Positions 39,568 to 48,266 of a stretch of DNA of 64,000 nt are shown piece after piece (position 1 is the stretch's first letter; the number at the start of each line of letters is the position of its first letter). Source of the DNA: an uncultured Gammaproteobacteria bacterium (GTDB taxonomy: Bacteria; Patescibacteriota; Microgenomatia; UBA10105; UBA927); assembly GCA_964609895.1 (NCBI GenBank), contig CAZSTG010000005.1, positions 6,998 through 70,997 of the forward strand, in the 5' to 3' direction. The notes beneath the pieces are model-generated. The model ran no database searches, had not been told where the DNA came from, and saw only the letters and a program-made list of their open reading frames with translations. Both the position numbers and the translations under genes were made by a program.

Positions 39568-41858
39568 AAAGCAATACAAACAATAACGCCACTACTTACC
39601 AATGATACTATCACCCCTACTCGAAAACCAATGGGATGATATCTATATTCTACTATGTGTTCTCCTTTTGGGACTGCTACTGCTCTAAAATCATAATCAG
39701 CTCGATACACTTTTGTTTTTTTGCCATCAATTGTTGCTTCCCACCCTGCATCATAGACATCAGACAAAAACAACAGTTTCGGCGATTCGCTTGTTGTTTT
39801 CAGCATTACTTGATTCGGGGTATATTCCGTAATCTGCACTTCGCCCGATCCGGATGTAGGCTCGATATCGGGTGTTGTTTCCAATATGAGTGAATTTCTT
39901 CTGTCAAAATCGGGAGCAAACAACCTGTCAATGATTTTTTGATCATCAGTTATTACCTCATAGGAAGATGCAAAAAAAGCTCTTGGGAAACTTTTTGTAT
40001 AGACATAGACTTCATACTGTCCGTCTTCATAGGTCTTCTGCATATCTCCATTTTCATATTGCCACACGGGAAATGCCCAGACATTCCTTCCGTCACTGAC
40101 CCGTTGCAGGATATACCGGACGCCCAAAAGTTGTAATGTCTGATCTTTGTATCTTCCATGTTTGTCAAACATCACAACAGATCTGTCACCAGAAGCTACA
40201 ATACCGCTTGATGCAGCGTTCAGAAATTCCGCGTACCGTCCCTGATACATCGCGTCATACCCTTCAATAAGCGGCAGTCGGGATGTCATACCCACTTCTC
40301 CTCCGATGTTTCCGAAAACCCTATACGTACCGATTTCCCGTTTGAGGTGTGTCAACACATTCATCTCCGGATAGACATATTTTTTCTCATCAAACGGCAT
40401 CCATTTGGACGAGAACCGGTACATATCAAACATAGTAACAACAATAAGTACAAAAACAGGGATCATATACCATTTCATTTTCTTCAAAAACCCAAGCCCC
40501 ATGGACACGAGTGCCACACTGAGAAGTGCTGTCGGCAACAGCAGATTTCTTTTTGCAATACTGTTTGCGTCATTCGTAAATGGCTCAATCACAAACATGA
40601 CAAACCATACTCCTACCAATATAAGCGCTGTTCCTGCAGCAAACAGGTAAAAACCAGACGGTTTTTTGGTTTTCCATGAGGCTATAAGCGCATCCAAACC
40701 AAATCCTGCAAGAACGGCAAGCGAACAACTGCACAGGATAATGATGCGGGAAGCGGCGCTTGTTGAAACAACCGGAAGTTTTAATGCAAACAGCAGATCA
40801 TTCAGCGGCGTCGGATAGGCAAGAAAAAGCGAAAACAACGCAAGAACCGAAAAAAACCGGATATATCCTTTCAGATTCCTGACCATTGCAAAACAGGCAA
40901 GGAGTAATGGAATAACCCCCACATAGCTTGCCCATTCAGCGTAATGCCCGAACCAGTCATTCCGTGTTACCGGATTTCCGTAGAAATCCGGAGAAAACAA
41001 GGTCACAATATATTGCCAAGGGATAACTTCTCCTTTTATAAAACTGGTGCTCCTTGTGGAGGACAGATATGATTGCAGTGTCAATATAATCTGCGGTGCC
41101 ACGACTGATATTCCAAACACAGACACGAGACCAAGAGCTATTCCTCGGGCAAAATTTCTTGTTGACAGTGTTACAAACAAGATATAAAGAAGTATTCCAC
41201 CAGCAACATACAGTGATATTTGAAAATGCCCAGACACAAAAGAAAGCGCAAGACTTGCCGCCAATAGTATGAGATACCGCCAGTTCCCTTTCTTTATGTA
41301 AACCGTCACTGCCCACAACGCGTACGGCAAACATAATGCTGCATAACCGAGAGTTCCATACGCCATCCATGTCGTCATAAATCCGCAAAACATAAACGAA
41401 ATAGCACTCAATAGAGCAGCACTCTTGGATCTTTCTAAAGACCGCATAAACACGTACATGCCCACACCTGCAAGGAGAGGTTGAAGTAAGACTAAAACAC
41501 TCCATGCATCAATAAATGAAAACAGGAAAAAAAGCACATTAAACGGCGAAAACACTGCAGATTGATAGTTGGCAGCATGCGGGGTACCCGCAAAACTATA
41601 CGGATTCCATAATGGAATTTGTGCAATTTTGAAGCTATCTATTGTAATATTTTTCCATGGAAAAATCTGGCTAATAACATCCGGCATCGCGTTGTTTTTC
41701 ACGGGCATGCCGTATGACGTATTCCATGGAGGAAAAAACGTCGCCAGATAACTGGAAGGAAACGGAACAAGACCTTTTCCAAAATACGGAAAACAGAACG
41801 CAATCCACAAGAGAACAATTGCAAAAATAGGAATAATCAAAAGCAGTTTCTTTTTCAT
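39543..41858 (-). CDS. YfhO-family membrane protein. Paralog 3 of 3.
   Basis: ISQIFPWKNITIDSFKIAQIPLWNPYSFAGTPHAANYQSAVFSPFNVLFF. C-terminal LSDVYDAGWEATIDGKKTKVYRADYDFRAVAVPKGEH plus a terminal TM. Start corrected to MKKKLLLII (cat 41856-41858). Confidence 0.7.
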   Translation of the reverse strand: MKKKLLLIIPIFAIVLLWIAFCFPYFGKGLVPFPSSYLATFFPPWNTSYGMPVKNNAMPDVISQIFPWKNITIDSFKIAQIPLWNPYSFAGTPHAANYQSAVFSPFNVLFFLFSFIDAWSVLVLLQPLLAGVGMYVFMRSLERSKSAALLSAISFMFCGFMTTWMAYGTLGYAALCLPYALWAVTVYIKKGNWRYLILLAASLALSFVSGHFQISLYVAGGILLYILFVTLSTRNFARGIALGLVSVFGISVVAPQIILTLQSYLSSTRSTSFIKGEVIPWQYIVTLFSPDFYGNPVTRNDWFGHYAEWASYVGVIPLLLACFAMVRNLKGYIRFFSVLALFSLFLAYPTPLNDLLFALKLPVVSTSAASRIIILCSCSLAVLAGFGLDALIASWKTKKPSGFYLFAAGTALILVGVWFVMFVIEPFTNDANSIAKRNLLLPTALLSVALVSMGLGFLKKMKWYMIPVFVLIVVTMFDMYRFSSKWMPFDEKKYVYPEMNVLTHLKREIGTYRVFGNIGGEVGMTSRLPLIEGYDAMYQGRYAEFLNAASSGIVASGDRSVVMFDKHGRYKDQTLQLLGVRYILQRVSDGRNVWAFPVWQYENGDMQKTYEDGQYEVYVYTKSFPRAFFASSYEVITDDQKIIDRLFAPDFDRRNSLILETTPDIEPTSGSGEVQITEYTPNQVMLKTTSESPKLLFLSDVYDAGWEATIDGKKTKVYRADYDFRAVAVPKGEHIVEYRYHPIGFRVGVIVSLVSSGVIVCIALWTKKRKS

Positions 41859-42613
41859 TTTTTTAGTTGTTTTGCTTCCTGCTTTTCCCACAGTTTTGCG
41901 TACGTAATAAACATGCTGAATGCCTGATACATACTTTCAATCCATCCAGCTGCTCCGGCCTTCCATCCGCCTTGACTAAAAAATGAATTGGTAAATGCAG
42001 TTCCCATAACACGAATAAAACGCCACCAGGACATTTTGGGGTGCCCAGCAGAGAGGCGTAATTCTGCCTCAATATCAGACCATTCATTTGTTTTTTTAAC
42101 CATTTCTACAATAGTTCTATGGGTGTTATGTTCCAAAGGCTCCTTCAATGTTCCAATTGCTCCTTGAATAACTGCATGTTCATGCAATTTTCCCTCCCAA
42201 GATACCAATGCGCTTTTTTTAATCAGCCGCACCATTTTGTCTTTTGTAGGCCAACGATGCCCTAGGTAATAATTTGTGCGCAAAATATAATACGCTGCCG
42301 CTTCACCATCTCGTATTTTCTCCACAATTTCTTTTTGTAGCGCATCTGTTATTATTTCGTCCGCATCAACATATAAAAGCCACTCACCAGTTGCTGCCTT
42401 TGCTCCAGCATCACGAAGTGCTGAAAAATATGCCCCTGGTTTTTCAACAACAACTGCATTTGCCTTTTTAGCACGTTGTACAGTCTCATCCGTTGAGCCA
42501 TTATCAACAACGATAATCTCATAAGCAAACCTGACGTGTTCAATACATGCAAGAATTCGAGCTGCTTCATTTTTGGCAATAATGATGACACTACACGTGT
42601 TTTGTTGGTTCAT
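41855..42613 (-). CDS. Glycosyltransferase family 2 (WaaE/KdtX-like).
   Basis: CSVIIIAKNEAARILACIEHVRFAYEIIVVDNGSTDET. Paralog of 20983 and 43514. Confidence 0.75.
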   Translation of the reverse strand: MNQQNTCSVIIIAKNEAARILACIEHVRFAYEIIVVDNGSTDETVQRAKKANAVVVEKPGAYFSALRDAGAKAATGEWLLYVDADEIITDALQKEIVEKIRDGEAAAYYILRTNYYLGHRWPTKDKMVRLIKKSALVSWEGKLHEHAVIQGAIGTLKEPLEHNTHRTIVEMVKKTNEWSDIEAELRLSAGHPKMSWWRFIRVMGTAFTNSFFSQGGWKAGAAGWIESMYQAFSMFITYAKLWEKQEAKQLKK

Positions 42614-43517
42614 ATTGTTTTCCAAAACGATTACACATCCAATCCATTACTGCTTTTTTCCGTATCGCCGAAGCTGTAAACAGAAAACGTATTGCTTCCC
42701 GTACAAGCGCGCATTTTGTCCTGAGGGGTGCATATCGCATACCGAGAAGTAGTCTGTTCCGAGTAAAATAGTATTCATGAATCGGGTTTCCCGGCCTGCC
42801 GGAAGATCCTGCATTTACATGCCAGACTACGGATGTCGGTGTGTACACTATTTTCCATCCCGCCCGCTTCATGCGGAGATTCCAATCCAGATCTTCAAGG
42901 TACAGAAAAAAACGGTCATCAAGCATCCCGACACGCCTGACCACCTCCGACCGTACAACCAATGAGCATCCTGTAATAAAAGGTGTTTCTTCCGCCACAT
43001 CGTATTGTCCGTGATCCACTTCGTCCACCCCCCGATGAGATGCATACATATTCTTCCAATCAACAAGACCGCCCGCATACCAAAACACCCTGCCACGTTC
43101 AGCGTCCGTATACCTGTCATGATGATATTCATGATTCGGAGCAAAATATATTTTCGATCCGGTTGCACCGACAGTCGGGTCGTCAAATGCCGAAACGAAT
43201 GACAATACGTTCGTGTCAACTATCGTATCGTTGTTCAGAAGCCAGATAAGATCGACCTTCTCCCGTAATGCGTAGCTCATACCAATATTATTCCCGCCAG
43301 TAAATCCTGCATTTGTCTTGTTTTCGATAAGTGTTATATGGGGAAATTTCTTTTTGATGATGCGCACCGAATCATTTGTTGATCCATTATCAACAACAAC
43401 GGGAAGGAGCGTGTTCCCGCCCAGCGTTACTCTGGATAGTGATTCTACACACGCTACGGTGTCGTCTTTCCCGTTCCAATTTACGATGATAACCGCAATG
43501 GTATACTTCTTTTTCAT
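42591..43517 (-). CDS. Glycosyltransferase family 2 (rhamnosyltransferase/WbbL-like).
   Basis: YTIAVIIVNWNGKDDTVACVESL...VVVDNGSTNDS...NAGFTGGNN. Start corrected to MKKKYTIAV (cat 43515-43517). Confidence 0.75.
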   Translation of the reverse strand: MKKKYTIAVIIVNWNGKDDTVACVESLSRVTLGGNTLLPVVVDNGSTNDSVRIIKKKFPHITLIENKTNAGFTGGNNIGMSYALREKVDLIWLLNNDTIVDTNVLSFVSAFDDPTVGATGSKIYFAPNHEYHHDRYTDAERGRVFWYAGGLVDWKNMYASHRGVDEVDHGQYDVAEETPFITGCSLVVRSEVVRRVGMLDDRFFLYLEDLDWNLRMKRAGWKIVYTPTSVVWHVNAGSSGRPGNPIHEYYFTRNRLLLGMRYAPLRTKCALVREAIRFLFTASAIRKKAVMDWMCNRFGKQYEPTKHV

Positions 43518-44428
43518 GTTCTCAGTGTCAGACTTTTTCTCCGTATCTTTTTGATAATGTTGGAAACGACATTCTTTGAATCCCGCATTGATGCAGTTAA
43601 TGTCCAATACGAAATTTCCTTTGCCCGTTCACGTAACTCGCCGGATACGGCATCAAGCTGAATATTGCGCTCTTCACATTTGTCCATTTCCCATTTTTTT
43701 GCAAAGGTACAAAAGGAATAGAATGCCTGAAAAAGCGCAAGCACCAACCCATGCAGTCCATCCTTAAATCCGCCCTCCGCAAAATAAATCTTAATAAAAT
43801 CAGAAATGGGAAACCGGAGCGCATCATACCAAGCAAGTTGATAGTTGCTTTCAGTTAAGGTTATTGCTTCACTTGTTGACGCTCTATCAATTTTTGCCAG
43901 ATACTGCGAAACGGACTCATAATTATAGTGAACGTACGGCTCCTCCAACTCAGCGGTTTTCCCCTCAACTTCTATATATTCGTGAATATGAACGCAGGGG
44001 AATTTCCCCTTGTTGTTCCTGAACAGCCGAAGTTGTTTGTCTGGCCACCATAATCCGTGCTGTATCCATTTTCCAAAGGAATAATTTTTTCTTTTGATCC
44101 AGAAGCCGTTTTCCTCAGGATTGGACGCAATAACTTTTTTTATTTCTCTTGCCAATTCCGTTGGTATGACCTCATCATCATCCAGATTCAATATCCAGTC
44201 CCCTGTCGCTTTGGAAAAACCAAAGTTCTTATTGGTATTGAGCATCAGTTGGTTTGGTTTGATAAATACGAGCTTGGTAAACTTTTTTGCAACTGCTGCC
44301 GTGTTGTCCGTTGACGTGTTGTCCACGACGACAATTTCATCTGCGATACCCTTCAGCGATGTTAAACACCGTTCAAGCGATACAGCCTTGTTATAAACGG
44401 AAATAACGACACTCAGTGTATGTTTCAT
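43514..44428 (-). CDS. Glycosyltransferase family 2 (WaaE/KdtX-like).
   Basis: LSVVISVYNKAVSLERCLTSLKGIADEIVVVDNTSTDNT. Start corrected to MKHTLSVV (cat 44426-44428). Confidence 0.75.
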   Translation of the reverse strand: MKHTLSVVISVYNKAVSLERCLTSLKGIADEIVVVDNTSTDNTAAVAKKFTKLVFIKPNQLMLNTNKNFGFSKATGDWILNLDDDEVIPTELAREIKKVIASNPEENGFWIKRKNYSFGKWIQHGLWWPDKQLRLFRNNKGKFPCVHIHEYIEVEGKTAELEEPYVHYNYESVSQYLAKIDRASTSEAITLTESNYQLAWYDALRFPISDFIKIYFAEGGFKDGLHGLVLALFQAFYSFCTFAKKWEMDKCEERNIQLDAVSGELRERAKEISYWTLTASMRDSKNVVSNIIKKIRRKSLTLRT

Positions 44429-44429
44429 A

Positions 44430-45875
44430 CTATTTCTCCTTTGCAACATGGACAACATCCATAATTCTTCTTTTTTCCGTCAGCCACAGAATTGCTGCAT
44501 ATAGCACAATACCTACAGCACCGATGATGATCAAACGCATCCATGTATACGGCGCAGAAGGCACCGTGACAAGATACCATCCCGATTGCACGAGGGCAGC
44601 AAAAAACGGCCATTTTACGCTGCTCATGAACGAAAAATCTGCGATCTTTTTTCCCAGCCAAACAACCAATCCCAGAGTGGAGGTCAGCAAGACCAAACTC
44701 ATTGACACCCCGTTAAACCCGAAGAAATGCACCATTGTTATTGTCAGAATCCACGTGCCTATAGTCCAAAACACCATCAAATAGAGTGTTGTCCTAATTT
44801 TGCCGACAGCGTTTAACGCATTGGTGAGTGGTGTGGAAAATCCTGCAAGAATCGATGCGACGACAAACAAAGCAAACGAAAATAGGGCAGGCTCCCATTT
44901 ACCGTATTTGGGAATCAGGGAAACGGCAGGTCCGATAAAGAACAGCAACGCCACGGAAATCGGAAACATGGTTGTAGCAAGTCCAAACAAAATTTTTTCT
45001 ATCGCGTGACCCAAATGAACTTTTGATTCCTGAAGCCGTGAGAACGCGGGGAACGTCACACGGATAACACTGTCCATAATAAGCCGTAATGGCACCTCAG
45101 CCCATTTTTTTGCCCAACCGATATACCCAACTTCTGTAAATGTTAAAATCTTACCCAGAAAAACAGTCATCAAATCGTCTTTCAGAAGCGACAAAAACGA
45201 ATTGAATTGAAACGGTACACCGAATTTGAGTAGTCGTTTTGCGACGGGCTTTGCGATACCGAAACGGATACGCCATGGAGAAACGATATACATGAGAACA
45301 AGGCCGATCAAAGCTCTTGTCAACACAGCATACGTGAAACTGGTTATGCCGAACCCCTTCCACGCCAACAACACAGCAACCGCATAAAATCCGACAGTCT
45401 CGGCAATCTGCGGAATAATCAGTGTATTAAAATTCAATTTTCTTTCCAAAAGAATGGAGGGAATGGTTTTCAGCGAAGAGAAGAAAAAAGAAACAATAAG
45501 TGCGCGGAGCAGCAGAATGCCTGCCGCATCCAGTCCATAAAATCCGGCAATATAGGGCGCGGCAATGAAAACAATGGTGCTGAGAGGCAGCACAAGCATC
45601 TGCTGAATGGTAAAGGTTGTAGACAGATCATCTTCAGACAGCTGTTCTTTTTTTTGAATCAACGCAGCCGCCAATCCCACGTCAGAGAAATACGAAAGAA
45701 ACGAAATGATTGCAGAAACCACATAATAGATACCGAATGTTGCGGGGTTCAGAAAAATCGTCAAAAGAAATGTCGAAGCAAATGCTATAATCTGCAGCAA
45801 AAACGTTCTTGAGGTCAACGCAAGAATCCCCGTCAAAGACTTTTTCTTGATGGTGGCAATATCAATTTCTTCCAT
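44430..45875 (-). CDS. Wzx-like oligosaccharide flippase (MOP superfamily).
   Basis: About 480 aa with at least 12 TM helices. ...ALIQKKEQLSEDDLSTTFTIQ is typical of Wzx N-terminal regions. Start uncertain (M29 at 45875; the track extends to 45959). Confidence 0.65.
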   Translation of the reverse strand: MEEIDIATIKKKSLTGILALTSRTFLLQIIAFASTFLLTIFLNPATFGIYYVVSAIISFLSYFSDVGLAAALIQKKEQLSEDDLSTTFTIQQMLVLPLSTIVFIAAPYIAGFYGLDAAGILLLRALIVSFFFSSLKTIPSILLERKLNFNTLIIPQIAETVGFYAVAVLLAWKGFGITSFTYAVLTRALIGLVLMYIVSPWRIRFGIAKPVAKRLLKFGVPFQFNSFLSLLKDDLMTVFLGKILTFTEVGYIGWAKKWAEVPLRLIMDSVIRVTFPAFSRLQESKVHLGHAIEKILFGLATTMFPISVALLFFIGPAVSLIPKYGKWEPALFSFALFVVASILAGFSTPLTNALNAVGKIRTTLYLMVFWTIGTWILTITMVHFFGFNGVSMSLVLLTSTLGLVVWLGKKIADFSFMSSVKWPFFAALVQSGWYLVTVPSAPYTWMRLIIIGAVGIVLYAAILWLTEKRRIMDVVHVAKEK

Positions 45876-46611
45876 ACCGTTTCGGTAGTTTTTTCCATGG
45901 TTTTGCGGTAAAAAGCCGCTGTAGCCCTTCCAGATCTCCCTGAGCTGTTTTGATAACACGAACCGTTGAGCCCGGATTATCTATCCACGTCACCGGTTCC
46001 TCATAGATACGATATCCCAATTTTTCCGCAAGAATGAGCAGTTCCGAATCAAAAAACCATGCGTTGTCAACGACGTGCGGAAGCAGCATTTTTGCGGCTT
46101 CATCAGTAATGGCTTTAAATCCGCATTGCGCATCACCAAATTTCACGAAAAACACCATTTTTATCAATAAAATATACATTTTTGACGTAAACGTGCGCAG
46201 CATGCTTCTCCCGTACACGCGGGACGCAAACGAATTCCTTGTACCGATGGCAATGTCATATCCCCGCATGAGAGACCGCACGAGCGGAGGCAAATGCTTT
46301 AAATCAGTCGACAAATCGACATCCATGTAACAATGAAGATCCGCATTTGTTTCCAGCCATGCCTTTTTTACCGCTCTTCCTCTTCCTTTTTCCTCAAGTC
46401 TGAGTACACGGACAGCTGCATATTTTTTTGCAAGCTTTTTGGATATTGCAGGAGTAGTATCGGTTGATGCGTTATCTGCAATGGTAATGGACCAACTCAC
46501 ATCAGAAAGATACGACGTCAGAAACGTGATAAGTGTTTCCGTATGCGCTTCTAGTTCGGCTTCCTCGTTATAGACAGGAATAACAATATCAAGTGTTGGC
46601 TTTTTTTCCAT
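45862..46611 (-). CDS. Glycosyltransferase family 2, Dpm1/GtrB-like polyprenyl-phosphate sugar synthase (putative).
   Basis: LDIVIPVYNEEAELEAH...ITIADNASTDTT...DVDLSTD. About 250 aa, soluble. Directly follows a PTPS-related GT-C gene. Confidence 0.7.
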   Translation of the reverse strand: MEKKPTLDIVIPVYNEEAELEAHTETLITFLTSYLSDVSWSITIADNASTDTTPAISKKLAKKYAAVRVLRLEEKGRGRAVKKAWLETNADLHCYMDVDLSTDLKHLPPLVRSLMRGYDIAIGTRNSFASRVYGRSMLRTFTSKMYILLIKMVFFVKFGDAQCGFKAITDEAAKMLLPHVVDNAWFFDSELLILAEKLGYRIYEEPVTWIDNPGSTVRVIKTAQGDLEGLQRLFTAKPWKKLPKRYGRN

Positions 46612-48265
46612 AAATATATATCGCACCGATGGCAAGCAGTCCCACTATGCTCATCCAGTTTCCGAGCATCCGAACCGGCGTGTCACGAAAGCGCAATTCT
46701 ATTATACTCATTCCCTCCTGTATATTCACGGAAGTAAGACCGTATGTAATCTTGGGATATACTTGTTTCCCGTTGACCGTCATCTGCCAACCTGGAAACC
46801 ACGCCTTACGTATCGTAATCTTCTGTGCTGTATCGCTTTTGATTTCCGCAAGAAAAAAAGTACTTGATTCGATAAGCTTCGTCACGGAAAACGTACTTTC
46901 CCCAACAACGGTGACTTTAGCCACTTCGCCTACCGCGGTAGGTCGTACGATGTCGGATGGAAGATACTCATCGGAAATTTTTGACTTGTAAAACCGTAAT
47001 TCCTCAAAACTTTCAAACGCGCTGCTGTCACGCACGTATTGCGTCTGCGGAACAAACAGCTTGACGTTTACCAGCATGGTAGAAACGATGATACCACTCG
47101 CCAACAGTATTCTGACGAAAGGTATACGGAAAACGGAAACAACATATGCTGCGCCTACAGCAATCCCCATCATACCGAATGCCAATAACCTCCACGGATA
47201 CTGGATAAATGCTGTATACGGGATCATGCGCCAAAGAGGTGCCGACTGTGCAAGCATACCGGCTGAACACAACAACACAAACACGGTCGCCACCTTCATA
47301 TATGCATTTTTTTCCTGCACCTTTCTGTTCTTTCTCATATACAGCAGCAGAGAGACGGCGGCCGCAAAAAACACAACATGCAGTCTCCCAAATTTGAATG
47401 ACATACCGTCCACACAGCCTGAAGCTGAACCGGCAAATCCCCATGGCGAATTCCACAACTGCGAAATACAGACGAAATGGTCAAAAAATGTTGTACCTGC
47501 AGACTGTACCATTGCGGTTACCGACGTCGCATACATCTCAAGGAGCGCGGGAAGCCAAAAAAATCCGGAAAGCAAAAGTCCCAGAATAGCAACACCGACG
47601 GGAACCATAATATCCTTTTTTGTCAGTCTATGCCTTACCAGCTTCACTGCCCAGAATATACATATTCCCAAAAGCAGCATCGCACACGTCAAAAAACCAA
47701 AAATGGTGTGCGCGGTAATGACACCCGCAAGGGCAAGTCCCGCGCATGCCGTTTGTGCCACAAAATGTTTTTCCTTCAGTGCACGAATCAATCCCGACAG
47801 GACAAGCGGAACCAGAGCAATCGCCCAGTATTCCCCTACTGATCCGCGAACGTATATCTGTACGGCATGATAGGGAGCAAAAAGAAACACGATGGCACCT
47901 GCAAGCGCAGCTATTGTACCGAATGCAGGCAACAACAATGCATATAATGTTATAGGCGCAAGCACCGCACCGATGCCAAACATGATTTTTGTTGCAATAA
48001 CACTGTCTAGTCCGACTGCATACAGAAATCCGCCGACATAATACGGCAACGGTCCATAAAAATTAAACACCGGATATCCCAAACCGAATCCGAGATCAGA
48101 AACCATACGGACGGGAAATTGCCCGTCCCGAAGTGCACGTCCCATAACAACAACCCTGGCAACCTGTGTGTCATCATGCATGGGAAAATATCCGGCAGAA
48201 AACAACGGCTTGATGGAAAAAAATGACAATAGGATAATGCACAGCAACCCAAAATACTTTTTCAT
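46589..48265 (-). CDS. 'PTPS-related'-type polytopic membrane protein. Paralog 3 of 4.
   Basis: YFPMHDDTQVARVVVMGRALRDGQFPVRMVSDLGFGLGYPVFNFYGP. C-terminal AWFPGWQMTVNG...QEGMSIIELRF plus a terminal TM. Start corrected to MKKYFGLL (cat 48263-48265). Confidence 0.6.
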   Translation of the reverse strand: MKKYFGLLCIILLSFFSIKPLFSAGYFPMHDDTQVARVVVMGRALRDGQFPVRMVSDLGFGLGYPVFNFYGPLPYYVGGFLYAVGLDSVIATKIMFGIGAVLAPITLYALLLPAFGTIAALAGAIVFLFAPYHAVQIYVRGSVGEYWAIALVPLVLSGLIRALKEKHFVAQTACAGLALAGVITAHTIFGFLTCAMLLLGICIFWAVKLVRHRLTKKDIMVPVGVAILGLLLSGFFWLPALLEMYATSVTAMVQSAGTTFFDHFVCISQLWNSPWGFAGSASGCVDGMSFKFGRLHVVFFAAAVSLLLYMRKNRKVQEKNAYMKVATVFVLLCSAGMLAQSAPLWRMIPYTAFIQYPWRLLAFGMMGIAVGAAYVVSVFRIPFVRILLASGIIVSTMLVNVKLFVPQTQYVRDSSAFESFEELRFYKSKISDEYLPSDIVRPTAVGEVAKVTVVGESTFSVTKLIESSTFFLAEIKSDTAQKITIRKAWFPGWQMTVNGKQVYPKITYGLTSVNIQEGMSIIELRFRDTPVRMLGNWMSIVGLLAIGAIYIYGKKANT

Positions 48266-48266
48266 G

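Noticed and set aside
40957-41505. 182-aa minus-strand ORF nested in the YfhO gene 39543..41858.
   Set aside because: Alternative frame of the same strand inside a conserved YfhO CDS. Cys/Trp-rich nonsense-like composition.
47028-47870. ORFs 47061..47870 (+, 269 aa), 47028..47456 (-, 142 aa) and several 60-120 aa ORFs.
   Set aside because: All are embedded in or antisense to the PTPS-related membrane gene 46589..48265. GC-rich third positions of the true frame produce long spurious antisense ORFs.
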